DNA from: a virus
Lineage: Duplodnaviria > Caudoviricetes
Reading direction: 5' to 3' (one strand)
Virus record (IMG/VR): IMGVR_UViG_3300045283_000148
Location: 1-52,458 of that record
Length of the DNA: 52,458 nucleotides
Part shown: piece by piece, positions 16,233 through 24,928 of the stretch
Layout of the letters: every line of letters begins with the position of its first letter
How positions within the stretch are numbered: position 1 is the first letter of the stretch
Made by a program: the position numbers and the translations under genes
The notes under the pieces: generated by a model
What the model was told of the DNA's origin: nothing
The model's input: the letters and a program-made list of their open reading frames with translations, nothing else
Database searches by the model: none

Positions 16233-16660
16233 CCGACCGCCTCGACCTTGCGCGCCGCCGCGCAATATGGGCCAAGGACGCGCGGCAACCTGAGCCGAAG
16301 CCCGCGCCCGCGCCGCAGCAGCCACCGCCCAAGCCGGTCGAGCTCATCACGCCCATAGTCAAACGACATCCCATGGTGATCATTCAGCGCGCCGTCGCTG
16401 CAGCCTATGGCATTGAGTTTGCGGAGCTGCTCAGTCCGCGCCGCACGAAGAAGTATGTCCGTCCGCGGCAAATTGCGATGTTTCTCTGTTCGAAACTGTT
16501 GCCGGTATCGCTGCCGCAGATCGGGCGCCGCTTCGGCGATCGCGACCACACCACCGTGCTGCACGCGATCCGTAAGGTCGAGGAGTTGCGGCGGGTGGAT
16601 CTGAAATTCGATTTCGAGTTGTCAAAACTGATGGATGATCTGAAGGAGACGCTGACATGA
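16229..16660 (+). CDS. Stand-alone DnaA C-terminal (domain IV) HTH protein
   Basis: RPRQIAMFL...[24 protein letters not shown]. Confidence 0.9.
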   Translation: MTDRLDLARRRAIWAKDARQPEPKPAPAPQQPPPKPVELITPIVKRHPMVIIQRAVAAAYGIEFAELLSPRRTKKYVRPRQIAMFLCSKLLPVSLPQIGRRFGDRDHTTVLHAIRKVEELRRVDLKFDFELSKLMDDLKETLT

Positions 16661-17145
16661 CGATGCCAAAAGTCACGCCGATGCCACCGCCGCCGGCACG
16701 CCCAAACCGGGTGCAGCATGACACCTTTGCCGAGGAGGCGCTGCGCGCAGCTCAACGCCACATCGACCAGGTGCAGGAAATCGACCGGCTGGGCCAGGAG
16801 CTTGAGGAGTGGCGCCGCCGGGCGCAGCTCGCCGAGGCCGAGGCTAGGCGTCTCGACCAGCGCAATGAGGATCTGCAGGCCGCGCTCGAGCGCGAGCGGG
16901 AGCGGCTCACCGATGAACGTGATGCGTACCGCAACCGTGTCAATTCCCTCGTCTCGGGATTCCATACGGCCGGCGGAATCATTTTGCGGCTGTTGGAAAC
17001 GGCGCAAGGCGAGGTCCGACCGAACGTCAACTTGACGACATTGGCCACTGAAATCGAAAAGGTGGCTGAGCAGGAGCAGCAGCCGCCACCAGACGAACCG
17101 TTGCCAGGATTTCTGGCCGCAGGACCACGAAGCGATGAAAAATGA
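16657..17145 (+). CDS. Coiled-coil hypothetical protein
   Basis: Heptad-rich sequence; ATGA overlap. Confidence 0.7.
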   Translation: MTMPKVTPMPPPPARPNRVQHDTFAEEALRAAQRHIDQVQEIDRLGQELEEWRRRAQLAEAEARRLDQRNEDLQAALERERERLTDERDAYRNRVNSLVSGFHTAGGIILRLLETAQGEVRPNVNLTTLATEIEKVAEQEQQPPPDEPLPGFLAAGPRSDEK

Positions 17146-17163
17146 GAATGATCGGGCGGTTTG

Positions 17164-17691
17164 ATGAAGTGGTACAAGCGCGATCCGGCAGCGGCGCTTG
17201 AAGGGATGCTCGGTCTGACGATCGAGGAACGCGGCGCCTACAATGCCTTGATCGATCTCATTTATGCACGCGCGCCGCGAGGTGGGGTCACAGATCAATT
17301 AGTTTGCAAGGCTTTAGGGTGCCGTCCACAGGTCTGGCGGCGGCTCAAGGCCAGCCTTGTGGACAAGGGTAAGGTTTGGGAAAGCCCGCCCGGAAACCTA
17401 CTAGCAAACAGGGTAGTTACAGAGGTAGTTTCAGCGGAGTTTCGGACCCAAAACATGGTCAGATTAGGCCAGGTTTCAGCACTCAAACGTAAGGAACTCA
17501 ATAAGTTACTTGATGGGGTGTGGCAAAAAAGAGACCCAACGGCCACGTTGGAGACACCCAGATCTAAGAAAGAAAGAGTCTTTCTTACTGCTGCGCGCGA
17601 GTCTGCGGAACCAAAGCGGGTAGCCGAGAAGCGTGTGTGTGACCTGACCAAAGCCGAACTCGAGCAATCATTCGCAGCCAAACGTAAGTAA
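17164..17691 (+). CDS. YdaU/DUF1376-like replication initiator
   Basis: MKWYKRDP..ALEGM..LTIEERGAY..LIDLIY. Confidence 0.78.
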   Translation: MKWYKRDPAAALEGMLGLTIEERGAYNALIDLIYARAPRGGVTDQLVCKALGCRPQVWRRLKASLVDKGKVWESPPGNLLANRVVTEVVSAEFRTQNMVRLGQVSALKRKELNKLLDGVWQKRDPTATLETPRSKKERVFLTAARESAEPKRVAEKRVCDLTKAELEQSFAAKRK

Positions 17692-17764
17692 TTGAAACGG
17701 AAGGAACCTTTTTCGATAGGTTTCAATTATTTGTCGAATTAATCGAATTTCATAGCGTTTAACC

Positions 17765-17792
17765 TTGCCGAATTCGCTGTTTTGAGTATTAT
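17765..17792 (+). promoter_or_regulatory. Candidate sigma70 promoter for the ParB-like operon
   Basis: TTGCCG-N16-TATTAT inside the AT-rich gap 17690-17790. Confidence 0.4.
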
Positions 17793-17859
17793 GCGCACTG
17801 GGACCGCCGGTGTAGCGACGGCCCCAGCACGACTTGGCACAGTCCGTTGGAGCGGTCCT

Positions 17860-18084
17860 ATGCCCACCGAAGATCCTATCACATTTGCGCGCGCCTGCGC
17901 GGCCGGCTGTTTTGCAGTGCGGCAATTAGCCGATGGCACATGGATTGCCATCGTGCCTGACCCCTCAAGTCCTTGTTACATCATCAGTGTTGCGCCTGTT
18001 GCCCTGCATCCACAGGGCAATGGGAGCAGCATGCTCAACATGTCGGGCAAAGCCCGCCATGCTCACCAACCAGGGAGGCAGTAA
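17860..18084 (+). CDS. Small hypothetical protein coupled to ParB-like gene 1
   Basis: GGAG RBS; TAATG stop/start overlap. Confidence 0.4.
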   Translation: MPTEDPITFARACAAGCFAVRQLADGTWIAIVPDPSSPCYIISVAPVALHPQGNGSSMLNMSGKARHAHQPGRQ

Positions 18085-19109
18085 TGCCCGCACCCCGCTA
18101 CAACGGTCAGCCCGCACAGGCAGCCGACATTCCGTCGTTATGTGCACAATACGTCGGTGTCGAGCCGACGCTCGACGAGCAGTACGATCGTCGCCAAGTC
18201 CGCTTGCTGGATCGTGTCCAGTCGCGGATCGACGCCAACAACGCGCCCGACTTCATGGTCAAGCGCTATGCCCACCAGATGGCGGAAAGCCGTTTCCCGG
18301 CTCCACTGCTTACCTCGGATCATATTCCGGTGGACGGCAATACTCGCGTCAAAGCCCATGCGATGCGCGAGACACGCTATATCGAGGCGTGGGTTCTACC
18401 GATTGCCTGGGCAGATGCCGACGCCGCGATGCAGCGCAAGCTCAAGCTTTTGAGCCTTGCACTTAACGCGATGAACGGCTTGCCGCTGGATGAAATCGAA
18501 CGCACTGGCTATGCGGTCGAGCTCATCAAGGACGGCGTCAGCGACGAGGAAATCGTCGGTAAAACCGGCCTTGTCTTGTCGAAGGTCACATCGCTGCGGG
18601 CTCAACAGCGTGCGAAGGAACGCTTGGTCAATCTCGGTATCGACGCTGATAATCTCAAGTTTGCCGATACCGTCTTGCGGGCTTTCGGCAAACAAAATGC
18701 GATGCAACTGGACGACGCGAGTTATTCCAGTCTCGTCGAACTGTCCAAGGATGCCCAGCTTAAGGGCAATCAAGTCAATTCGCTCGCGACCTCACTCAAC
18801 GAGGCGGCATCGGTGGAAGGCCGCAGCGAGCGGTTGACTCGCGAGCGGATTGCGTTGGCGCCTCAAATTCAAGCGATCCAGCATGGCCAGCAACAGCCGA
18901 TCTTGACGGACAAACTGCGCAAGGCTCTCGAACAGTTGCTCGATAAGCCCGTAACGGCATTCCTCGAGGGCAACTCGGAGAAGGCTGGCGATTACGTCCA
19001 ACTGCTGGATAAGGCAATCGATAAACTAGCTGAGGTTCGTGATTTGCAATTGAGCCAGCGCGGCTCACAGGCAGTATCGCAGGCTCAGGCAGCGGCGACG
19101 GTCCAGTGA
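18084..19109 (+). CDS. ParB/Srx N-terminal-domain protein 1 with HTH
   Basis: VKRYAHQM...FPAPLL...VDGNTRVKA; LNAMNGLPL; GVSDEEIVGKTGLVLSKV. Confidence 0.65.
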   Translation: MPAPRYNGQPAQAADIPSLCAQYVGVEPTLDEQYDRRQVRLLDRVQSRIDANNAPDFMVKRYAHQMAESRFPAPLLTSDHIPVDGNTRVKAHAMRETRYIEAWVLPIAWADADAAMQRKLKLLSLALNAMNGLPLDEIERTGYAVELIKDGVSDEEIVGKTGLVLSKVTSLRAQQRAKERLVNLGIDADNLKFADTVLRAFGKQNAMQLDDASYSSLVELSKDAQLKGNQVNSLATSLNEAASVEGRSERLTRERIALAPQIQAIQHGQQQPILTDKLRKALEQLLDKPVTAFLEGNSEKAGDYVQLLDKAIDKLAEVRDLQLSQRGSQAVSQAQAAATVQ

Positions 19110-20392
19110 TGTTTACGAGCGGCGATCGCAGAGGCTGGCTTCAAACTGTGGCCAGCAAAATCATGGACGGCGGCTCATCCCCGCCGTCCATAGACCGACT
19201 CAACCTCATCGTTCCTCCCGACGTCGTGACAAAAATGAACGACGGCCACGTTACCGCTGCGCGCGCGTTTGGTGAAGACCGGCGCGATGATTATCGGGCA
19301 GGTTGGCATGTCATCATTGGGGAGATGGTCACGCTCCTGCGCGAGCAGGGCTTTGTCGGCGGCAGTGACCAGGCTTTGACTTGGATCAAGCCGCTCGATG
19401 GCGAGTGGAAAGTCACGATGGCCGACGACGGCCATCAGCTTGTCGTGCAGGGGCAACGCGAACTCCGCATGTCGCGGGATCGCATGATCGTCGGCGAGCG
19501 CAGCGAGGCAGACGGCAGCCGTGTCGGGCCTCCAAGTTTATTTGAAGCCGGCAGAATCCAGCCGCTTGAGCTGCAAGTGGTCGGACCGCGCGGTGGCACC
19601 ACACAACAATCATTCGAGTTGCATCCGCTCGCCTTGGCGATTCCGCCAATGACTGAGGCCGAGCGCGAAGTATTGCGTAAAAGCATCGAGCGCGACGGCG
19701 TCAAAGTTCCGATCGTCATCTTCCAGAAGAAAATTCTGGATGGACGCAATCGTAGTTATTTTGCTTCGATCTTCAAAACGCCAGTTCGCATCGAGGAATT
19801 CGTCGGCACCGAAGAAGAGGCTCGCCGCCACGTTGCAATCCTCAATCTTCATCGTCGGCATTTAACGACGGCACAACGCTATCTTGCGGCGGATAACCTG
19901 TTCGGCAAGCAGGCCGAGAAGGAAGCGGCGGAAGCGATGGTCCGAAAGCCTATTTCTGCGGTGCTAAAAATAGCACAGCAGAATCAAGCCAACGGTGGCG
20001 GCAAATCGCACGAACGTGCCGCCAAACTCGCCAAGGAAGCCGGTATCGCCAACATCAAACCGGCTGGTATGAGAATAATAAAAGTGCTCCGGAACGCTCC
20101 GGAAACCAGGGCCGCCGTTGAACGTGGAGAAATCAGCACCGTCAGTGACGCGCATAAGAAGGCGCTGGGGGAACTGCGTCAATCGGCGCCTATAACCGCG
20201 CAGACCGCCGATGCGCTCTCGATCAACAAACGTCTCGGTCGCTGCGTCACCGAACTGCAAGCTATTCTGAAAGACACCGATGGCGAAGCTCCGGTTGGCA
20301 ATCCACCTGAGATCAGCAGCAAACTTGATCAGATTGAGATACTCACACCGAAAGTTCGTCACATCTTACGACAGCGCAAGATCATTGCGTGA
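19106..20392 (+). CDS. ParB/Srx-domain protein 2 with unknown N-terminal domain
   Basis: HPLALAIPPMTEAE...SIERDGVKVPIV...ILDGRNR...NLHRRHLT. Confidence 0.75.
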   Translation: MMFTSGDRRGWLQTVASKIMDGGSSPPSIDRLNLIVPPDVVTKMNDGHVTAARAFGEDRRDDYRAGWHVIIGEMVTLLREQGFVGGSDQALTWIKPLDGEWKVTMADDGHQLVVQGQRELRMSRDRMIVGERSEADGSRVGPPSLFEAGRIQPLELQVVGPRGGTTQQSFELHPLALAIPPMTEAEREVLRKSIERDGVKVPIVIFQKKILDGRNRSYFASIFKTPVRIEEFVGTEEEARRHVAILNLHRRHLTTAQRYLAADNLFGKQAEKEAAEAMVRKPISAVLKIAQQNQANGGGKSHERAAKLAKEAGIANIKPAGMRIIKVLRNAPETRAAVERGEISTVSDAHKKALGELRQSAPITAQTADALSINKRLGRCVTELQAILKDTDGEAPVGNPPEISSKLDQIEILTPKVRHILRQRKIIA

Positions 20393-20398
20393 GAGCCT

Positions 20399-20620
20399 AT
20401 GGTCGTCGCGATGGTGAATAGACTAGCCTATGTTGAAGCCATCACCGCCGCCGACAAGCTCGCCTGCGCCGAACGCGAGCTGCGGCTGCGCCGGCGCAAC
20501 TACCACCGCTTCATCGCCACCGGCCGCATGTCCGTGCGCAAGGCCAGCTACGAGTTCGCCGTGATGCGCAGCATAGTCGAGGACTACCGCGCCGCGGCGG
20601 AAAAGGAACGATTGCTGTGA
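20399..20620 (+). CDS. Conserved small phage protein
   Basis: KLACAERELRLRRRNY.RFI..GRMS motif. Confidence 0.7.
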   Translation: MVVAMVNRLAYVEAITAADKLACAERELRLRRRNYHRFIATGRMSVRKASYEFAVMRSIVEDYRAAAEKERLL

Positions 20621-20621
20621 A

Positions 20622-20637
20622 TGTTTCACGTGAAAAC
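20622..20637. promoter_or_regulatory. Near-consensus chromosomal parS palindrome
   Basis: TGTTTCACGTGAAAAC versus consensus TGTTTCACGTGAAACA (14/16); intergenic. Confidence 0.6.
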
Positions 20638-20826
20638 GCAAAAGCCATAGGACGGCCGCTGGTGCGGTTTTCAGGCTGGAGGGCATCTGGGGTAGGGTCA
20701 GATGGTTTTAAGCCGCCAGCGCCCGCCCGTGCTTGATCTTGTGGTTGAATTCCCGCCCGCGACCATGTATGGGGAAAACGACCGGTGGTTTCTGGGACCT
20801 GGCCGCAAAGCGAGGGTGCGCGCATC

Positions 20827-21294
20827 ATGCCATGGGGCCTCGTGCTTACGGAACATCGTTCGGAGTCCCGTGCTGCACGAGAGCTCGATCGCATCGGCGC
20901 GCGCACCATCCTAGCCAAATACCGCGACCAGTACCGCCACAAGCTCTTGCTCTTCCCGCGTTATCTGTTCGTCGACCTGATCGACGAGTGGCGCAAAATC
21001 TTCCGCGTGAACTACGTCCAGCGCCTGTTCACCTCGGGCGACAAACCTTGTATTGTTCCCAACAGGTTCATGGCCGAGCTTCAAGCTAAGATGAAGCCCG
21101 ACGGCACCGTGACCATGGAGCCTAGGGAACGCTTCACCATCGGTGACCGCGTCGAGATCATTCGCGGTCAGTTCAAGTCCCTGCTCGCAACCTATGACGG
21201 CCTCTCGCCGCGCCAGCAGGAAACCGCCCTAATCGAGATCCTCGGACGGAAGGTCCGCGTGGAGTTCCAGCCCGGCGATCTCGCGTCTGTGTGA
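20827..21294 (+). CDS. NusG/RfaH-like transcription antiterminator (late regulator)
   Basis: LLFPRYLFV NGN domain; KOW FTIGDRVEIIRGQF; lies just before terS. Confidence 0.85.
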   Translation: MPWGLVLTEHRSESRAARELDRIGARTILAKYRDQYRHKLLLFPRYLFVDLIDEWRKIFRVNYVQRLFTSGDKPCIVPNRFMAELQAKMKPDGTVTMEPRERFTIGDRVEIIRGQFKSLLATYDGLSPRQQETALIEILGRKVRVEFQPGDLASV

Positions 21295-21386
21295 CTACCC
21301 GGCGCGCGCAAAAGCAAAAACGGTCAGCGCGCGGGACCGGGCAACAGCATGGGGGCAGGTGAGCAAAGTGTGCGAAGAAACGAGCA

Positions 21387-21788
21387 ATGCCACAATTCCA
21401 GCCGGGCAACCAACTCGCCAAGAATAATCGCCTCTACGTCACCGAATTGATTATCCGAAAGCTCGATGAACCAGATGAGCTCACCGGCAAGCCCATCAAA
21501 GAGGAACTGGTCAACGCGCTATTCAAGCTCGCGATGGGCGTCAGGCTCCTCAAAAAAGGCCATCTCCTCAATAAAACAGAACCAAACCTCAAGGCTCTCC
21601 AAGAGATCATCAATCGCTGTGAAGGTAAGGTTCCCGTCCGTATTGACCTTGGGGTCAACGAGAACCAAGACCTATTGGAAGTGATCGAACGTGTGGTCGT
21701 TCGTGAACGAGCCCGAGCCAACGGCAGCAACGGCCACCTCATCGACATCACTCCCGAAGCGGAAGAAGCTGAGGATCGAGACGGCTGA
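21387..21788 (+). CDS. terS: Putative terminase small subunit
   Basis: FQPGNQ N-terminus, AL.EII.R.EGK motif; precedes terL. Confidence 0.65.
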   Translation: MPQFQPGNQLAKNNRLYVTELIIRKLDEPDELTGKPIKEELVNALFKLAMGVRLLKKGHLLNKTEPNLKALQEIINRCEGKVPVRIDLGVNENQDLLEVIERVVVRERARANGSNGHLIDITPEAEEAEDRDG

Positions 21789-22986
21789 GGTCTTCGAGCC
21801 GCTGCTCGATTACAAACGCTATAAGGGTGCGCGCGGCGGAAGAGGTTCAGGGAAATCTCACTTCTTCGCGGGATACGTAGTTGAACGCTGCCTGCTGAAT
21901 CCTGCGAGCCGGATCGTCTGCATTCGCGAATATCAACGCAGCCTGCAGCAGAGCGTCAAGCTCCTGATTGAAGACAAGATTGAATCGTTTGGCGTCGGCC
22001 ATCGCTTCCATCGCACACGTGAACATATTCAAGTGCTCGATCGCGCCGGAATGCCGCAAGGTTTGATCATCTTTCAAGGCATGCAGAACCACACCGCTGA
22101 GACGATCAAATCGCTCGAGGGTTTCGACGTTGCGTATGTTGAGGAGGCGCAGAGCCTGTCGATGCGCAGCTTCACTATGCTGCGGCCAACGATACGCAAG
22201 AGTAAGTCGGAGCTTCTCTTTGCCTGGAACCCGCGCTCAATGGATGATCCGGTCGATGTGTTCTTCAGGGATGATCAGCGCACCGATACGATCTTTGTCC
22301 ATGCAAACTATGACGCAAATCCATGGTTTCCCGCTGAGCTGCGCGCTGACATGGAGTACGACAAGCGGCGCGATCCCGATCGTTATGCGCACGTGTGGTT
22401 GGGTAAGTATCAGACGCAATCAGAGGCGCGGGTGTTTCACAACTGGCGCATCGGCGATGAGCGCGAATTCAGTACCGATGCGAAGACGCGATACTACTTC
22501 GGTGCGGATTGGGGCTTCGCCAGCGATCCGACCGTGTTGATCCGCGCCTACATCAAGGAGCGCATCCTGTATGTGGATCGCGAGGCTTATGCCATCGGCT
22601 GCGAGATCGATCGCACACCAGCGCTGTTCGACCAGATCGATGGCGGCCAGGCGCGCAAGTGGCGCATCATTGCAGACAGCGCGCGGCCCGAGACCATCTC
22701 TTACATGATGAAGCACGGCTATCCGCGCATGGTACCAGCCAAGAAGGGCAAAGGCTCGGTCGAGGACGGTATCGAGTTTCTGAAGAACTATGACATCGTG
22801 GTGCATCCAGATTGCCGACGTACCATCGATGAGCTGACCACCTATTCGTACAAGATCGATCGGCAAACCGAAGAGGTGCTGCCGATCTTGGATGATGACA
22901 AGAACCACGTCATCGATGCGCTGCGCTATGCGGTCGAGAGCCTACGCACCGGGCACAATTATGACACTTCTATGTCATGGGTTTAG
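21691..22986 (+). CDS. terL: PBSX-family terminase large subunit
   Basis: GGRGSGKS Walker A, YVEEAQ Walker B, GADWGF..DP, NHVIDALRY; start uncertain. Confidence 0.95.
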   Translation: MWSFVNEPEPTAATATSSTSLPKRKKLRIETAEVFEPLLDYKRYKGARGGRGSGKSHFFAGYVVERCLLNPASRIVCIREYQRSLQQSVKLLIEDKIESFGVGHRFHRTREHIQVLDRAGMPQGLIIFQGMQNHTAETIKSLEGFDVAYVEEAQSLSMRSFTMLRPTIRKSKSELLFAWNPRSMDDPVDVFFRDDQRTDTIFVHANYDANPWFPAELRADMEYDKRRDPDRYAHVWLGKYQTQSEARVFHNWRIGDEREFSTDAKTRYYFGADWGFASDPTVLIRAYIKERILYVDREAYAIGCEIDRTPALFDQIDGGQARKWRIIADSARPETISYMMKHGYPRMVPAKKGKGSVEDGIEFLKNYDIVVHPDCRRTIDELTTYSYKIDRQTEEVLPILDDDKNHVIDALRYAVESLRTGHNYDTSMSWV

Positions 22987-22988
22987 TG

Positions 22989-23441
22989 ATGGCTCGTAGG
23001 TTTAGTATCGAGCGACTTGAACTGGATGAGGCCAATGCTTTCGTGCGCGAGCATCATCGCCATCATAAGCCGGTGATCGGACATCTTTTCTCAATTGGCG
23101 CATCACTCGATGGCCGGATTGTCGGGGTGTCGATTATCGGGCGCCCTGTCTCTCGGCGGCGAGATGATGGAGTAACTTCCGAAGTGACCCGGCTCTGCAC
23201 CGACGGCACGCCAAACGCTTGTTCGTTTTTGTACGGCGCATCTGCCCGAGCTTCATTCGCTCTCGGTTTCAAACGCATCGGTACGTATATCCTCGCGACC
23301 GAACCAGGCACATCCTTGATGGCGACGAATTGGCGGCTGATCGGTGAAACGCCGGGGCGATCTTGGTCGGTCCCGTCGCGACCACGTGTGGATACGCATC
23401 CACTACAGAAGCGGTTGCTATTTGAACTGGCGGCTATCTGA
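22989..23441 (+). CDS. XF1762-family / Mom-like GNAT-fold protein
   Basis: EANAFVREHHRHH, GRPVSR..DDG.T.EVTRLCTDGTPNACSFLY, TYIL..EPGTSL. Confidence 0.8.
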   Translation: MARRFSIERLELDEANAFVREHHRHHKPVIGHLFSIGASLDGRIVGVSIIGRPVSRRRDDGVTSEVTRLCTDGTPNACSFLYGASARASFALGFKRIGTYILATEPGTSLMATNWRLIGETPGRSWSVPSRPRVDTHPLQKRLLFELAAI

Positions 23442-24928
23442 TGGGCATTGCGTGGGTTGACGGTTTTGTAAATATGCTGGCCGGCATGGGCGTGCCGGGG
23501 CGCGATAAGTTTGCGTCGCAGAGCTATTCGTTCGTGCCGATGACGCAGTACGATCTCGAGGCCGCGTATCGCGGTGACTGGATTGCGCGCAAGGTCATCG
23601 ACATTCCGGCCTTCGATATGACTCGTGAATGGCGGGAGTGGCAGGCCGATGAAGCGCAGGTTGAGCTGCTCGAGGAAGTAGAGAAGAGCCTATTCGTTCA
23701 GCAGAAGGTGCAGCAGGCGCTGATCAAGAGCCGGTTGTATGGCGGCGCGATCATGATCATGGGCGTCGACAACGGCGCACCAGAGGAAGAACTGGACCCA
23801 GAGAGCGTCGGCAAAGACAGCCTGAAATTCCTGCATGTCGTGTCGATGATCAATGTCTCGGTCGGCCCGCTCGATACCGATGTGACATCGCCATACTATG
23901 GTTTGCCCACCTGGTATGAAGTCCGCAGTGGTCAGCAGGGCAGTTTGACTGAGCAAGTGCAGTTGCATCCCAGCCGCGTGGTGCGGTTCGTCGGCATGCC
24001 GCCGCCCGATCAGATGCTGAGCGGCCAAACATGGGGCGACAGCGTTCTGCAACCGGTCAATGACGCGGTGAAGATGTGCGGGCTGGTGACCGGCTCGCTG
24101 GCGACGCTGATCAGCGAGCTCAAGATCGACATCATCAAGATCCCCAGCCTGACCGACATCGTGTCGACCGCCGAGGGCGAGCGCAAAATGATTGAGCGCT
24201 TCAGCGCGGCCAATGCGCGCAAATCGGTGATCAACACCGTCATTCTCGATACGGAAGAAGAGTGGGAGCGGGTGCAGGCAAACTTGGCGGGCGTGCCCGA
24301 GATTATTACCACCTATTTGCAGATTGCATCGGGCGCGGCGGACATACCGGCCGGACGGTTTCTCGGCCTTCCGCATCGCGGGTTGAACGTCACCGGAGAA
24401 GCCGATTTCCGCAACTACTACGACAAACTGGCGGGCGAACAGACCACCATCCTTACGCCAGCGATGTCGGTGCTCGACGAGGTGATCATTCGCTCGGCAT
24501 TAGGCTCGCGGCCGCCCGAGATCTATTACGAGTGGAATAGCCTTTGGCAATTGAGCGACGGCGACAAGGCCGACATCGCGCTCAAGAAGGCGCAGGCTTA
24601 TCAGATCGACGTCAACGCCGCACAGATCCCGCCGGTGGCGCTGGCCAATGGCCGCGTCAATCAGTTGATCGAGGACGGCACCTATCCGGGCTTGCAGAAC
24701 GCGCTCGAGGATGCCGCGGCCGAGGGCGACACCATCGAGGAGCAAAATCAGCCGCAGCCGATGCCCATGATGGGTGTTGACCCGGTGACCGGCGAGCCGC
24801 TCGATCCGAATGCGCCGCCTGATCCCAATGCACCGCCTGGCGGCAATGGTGGAACGCCGCCACCAGATCAAACCAAACCTTTGCCGACCGCGCCTCGGCG
24901 CCCTGGCAAGACATTGCCACGCAGTTGA
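23441..24928 (+). CDS. DUF1073 phage portal protein
   Basis: AYRGDWIARKVIDIPA.DMTREW, RLYGG, HPSR, GAADIP..RFLG, DFRNYYD. Confidence 0.9.
   Translation: MGIAWVDGFVNMLAGMGVPGRDKFASQSYSFVPMTQYDLEAAYRGDWIARKVIDIPAFDMTREWREWQADEAQVELLEEVEKSLFVQQKVQQALIKSRLYGGAIMIMGVDNGAPEEELDPESVGKDSLKFLHVVSMINVSVGPLDTDVTSPYYGLPTWYEVRSGQQGSLTEQVQLHPSRVVRFVGMPPPDQMLSGQTWGDSVLQPVNDAVKMCGLVTGSLATLISELKIDIIKIPSLTDIVSTAEGERKMIERFSAANARKSVINTVILDTEEEWERVQANLAGVPEIITTYLQIASGAADIPAGRFLGLPHRGLNVTGEADFRNYYDKLAGEQTTILTPAMSVLDEVIIRSALGSRPPEIYYEWNSLWQLSDGDKADIALKKAQAYQIDVNAAQIPPVALANGRVNQLIEDGTYPGLQNALEDAAAEGDTIEEQNQPQPMPMMGVDPVTGEPLDPNAPPDPNAPPGGNGGTPPPDQTKPLPTAPRRPGKTLPRS

Noticed and set aside
17735-17765. CtrA box (TTAA-N7-TTAA)
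   Set aside because: TTAA half-sites are present but not at 7-nt spacing
23441-24928. Anti-CBASS Acb1 label often given to DUF1073 proteins
   Set aside because: Position and motifs indicate the portal; no HxT/HxS phosphodiesterase domain is seen in the Pro-rich tail
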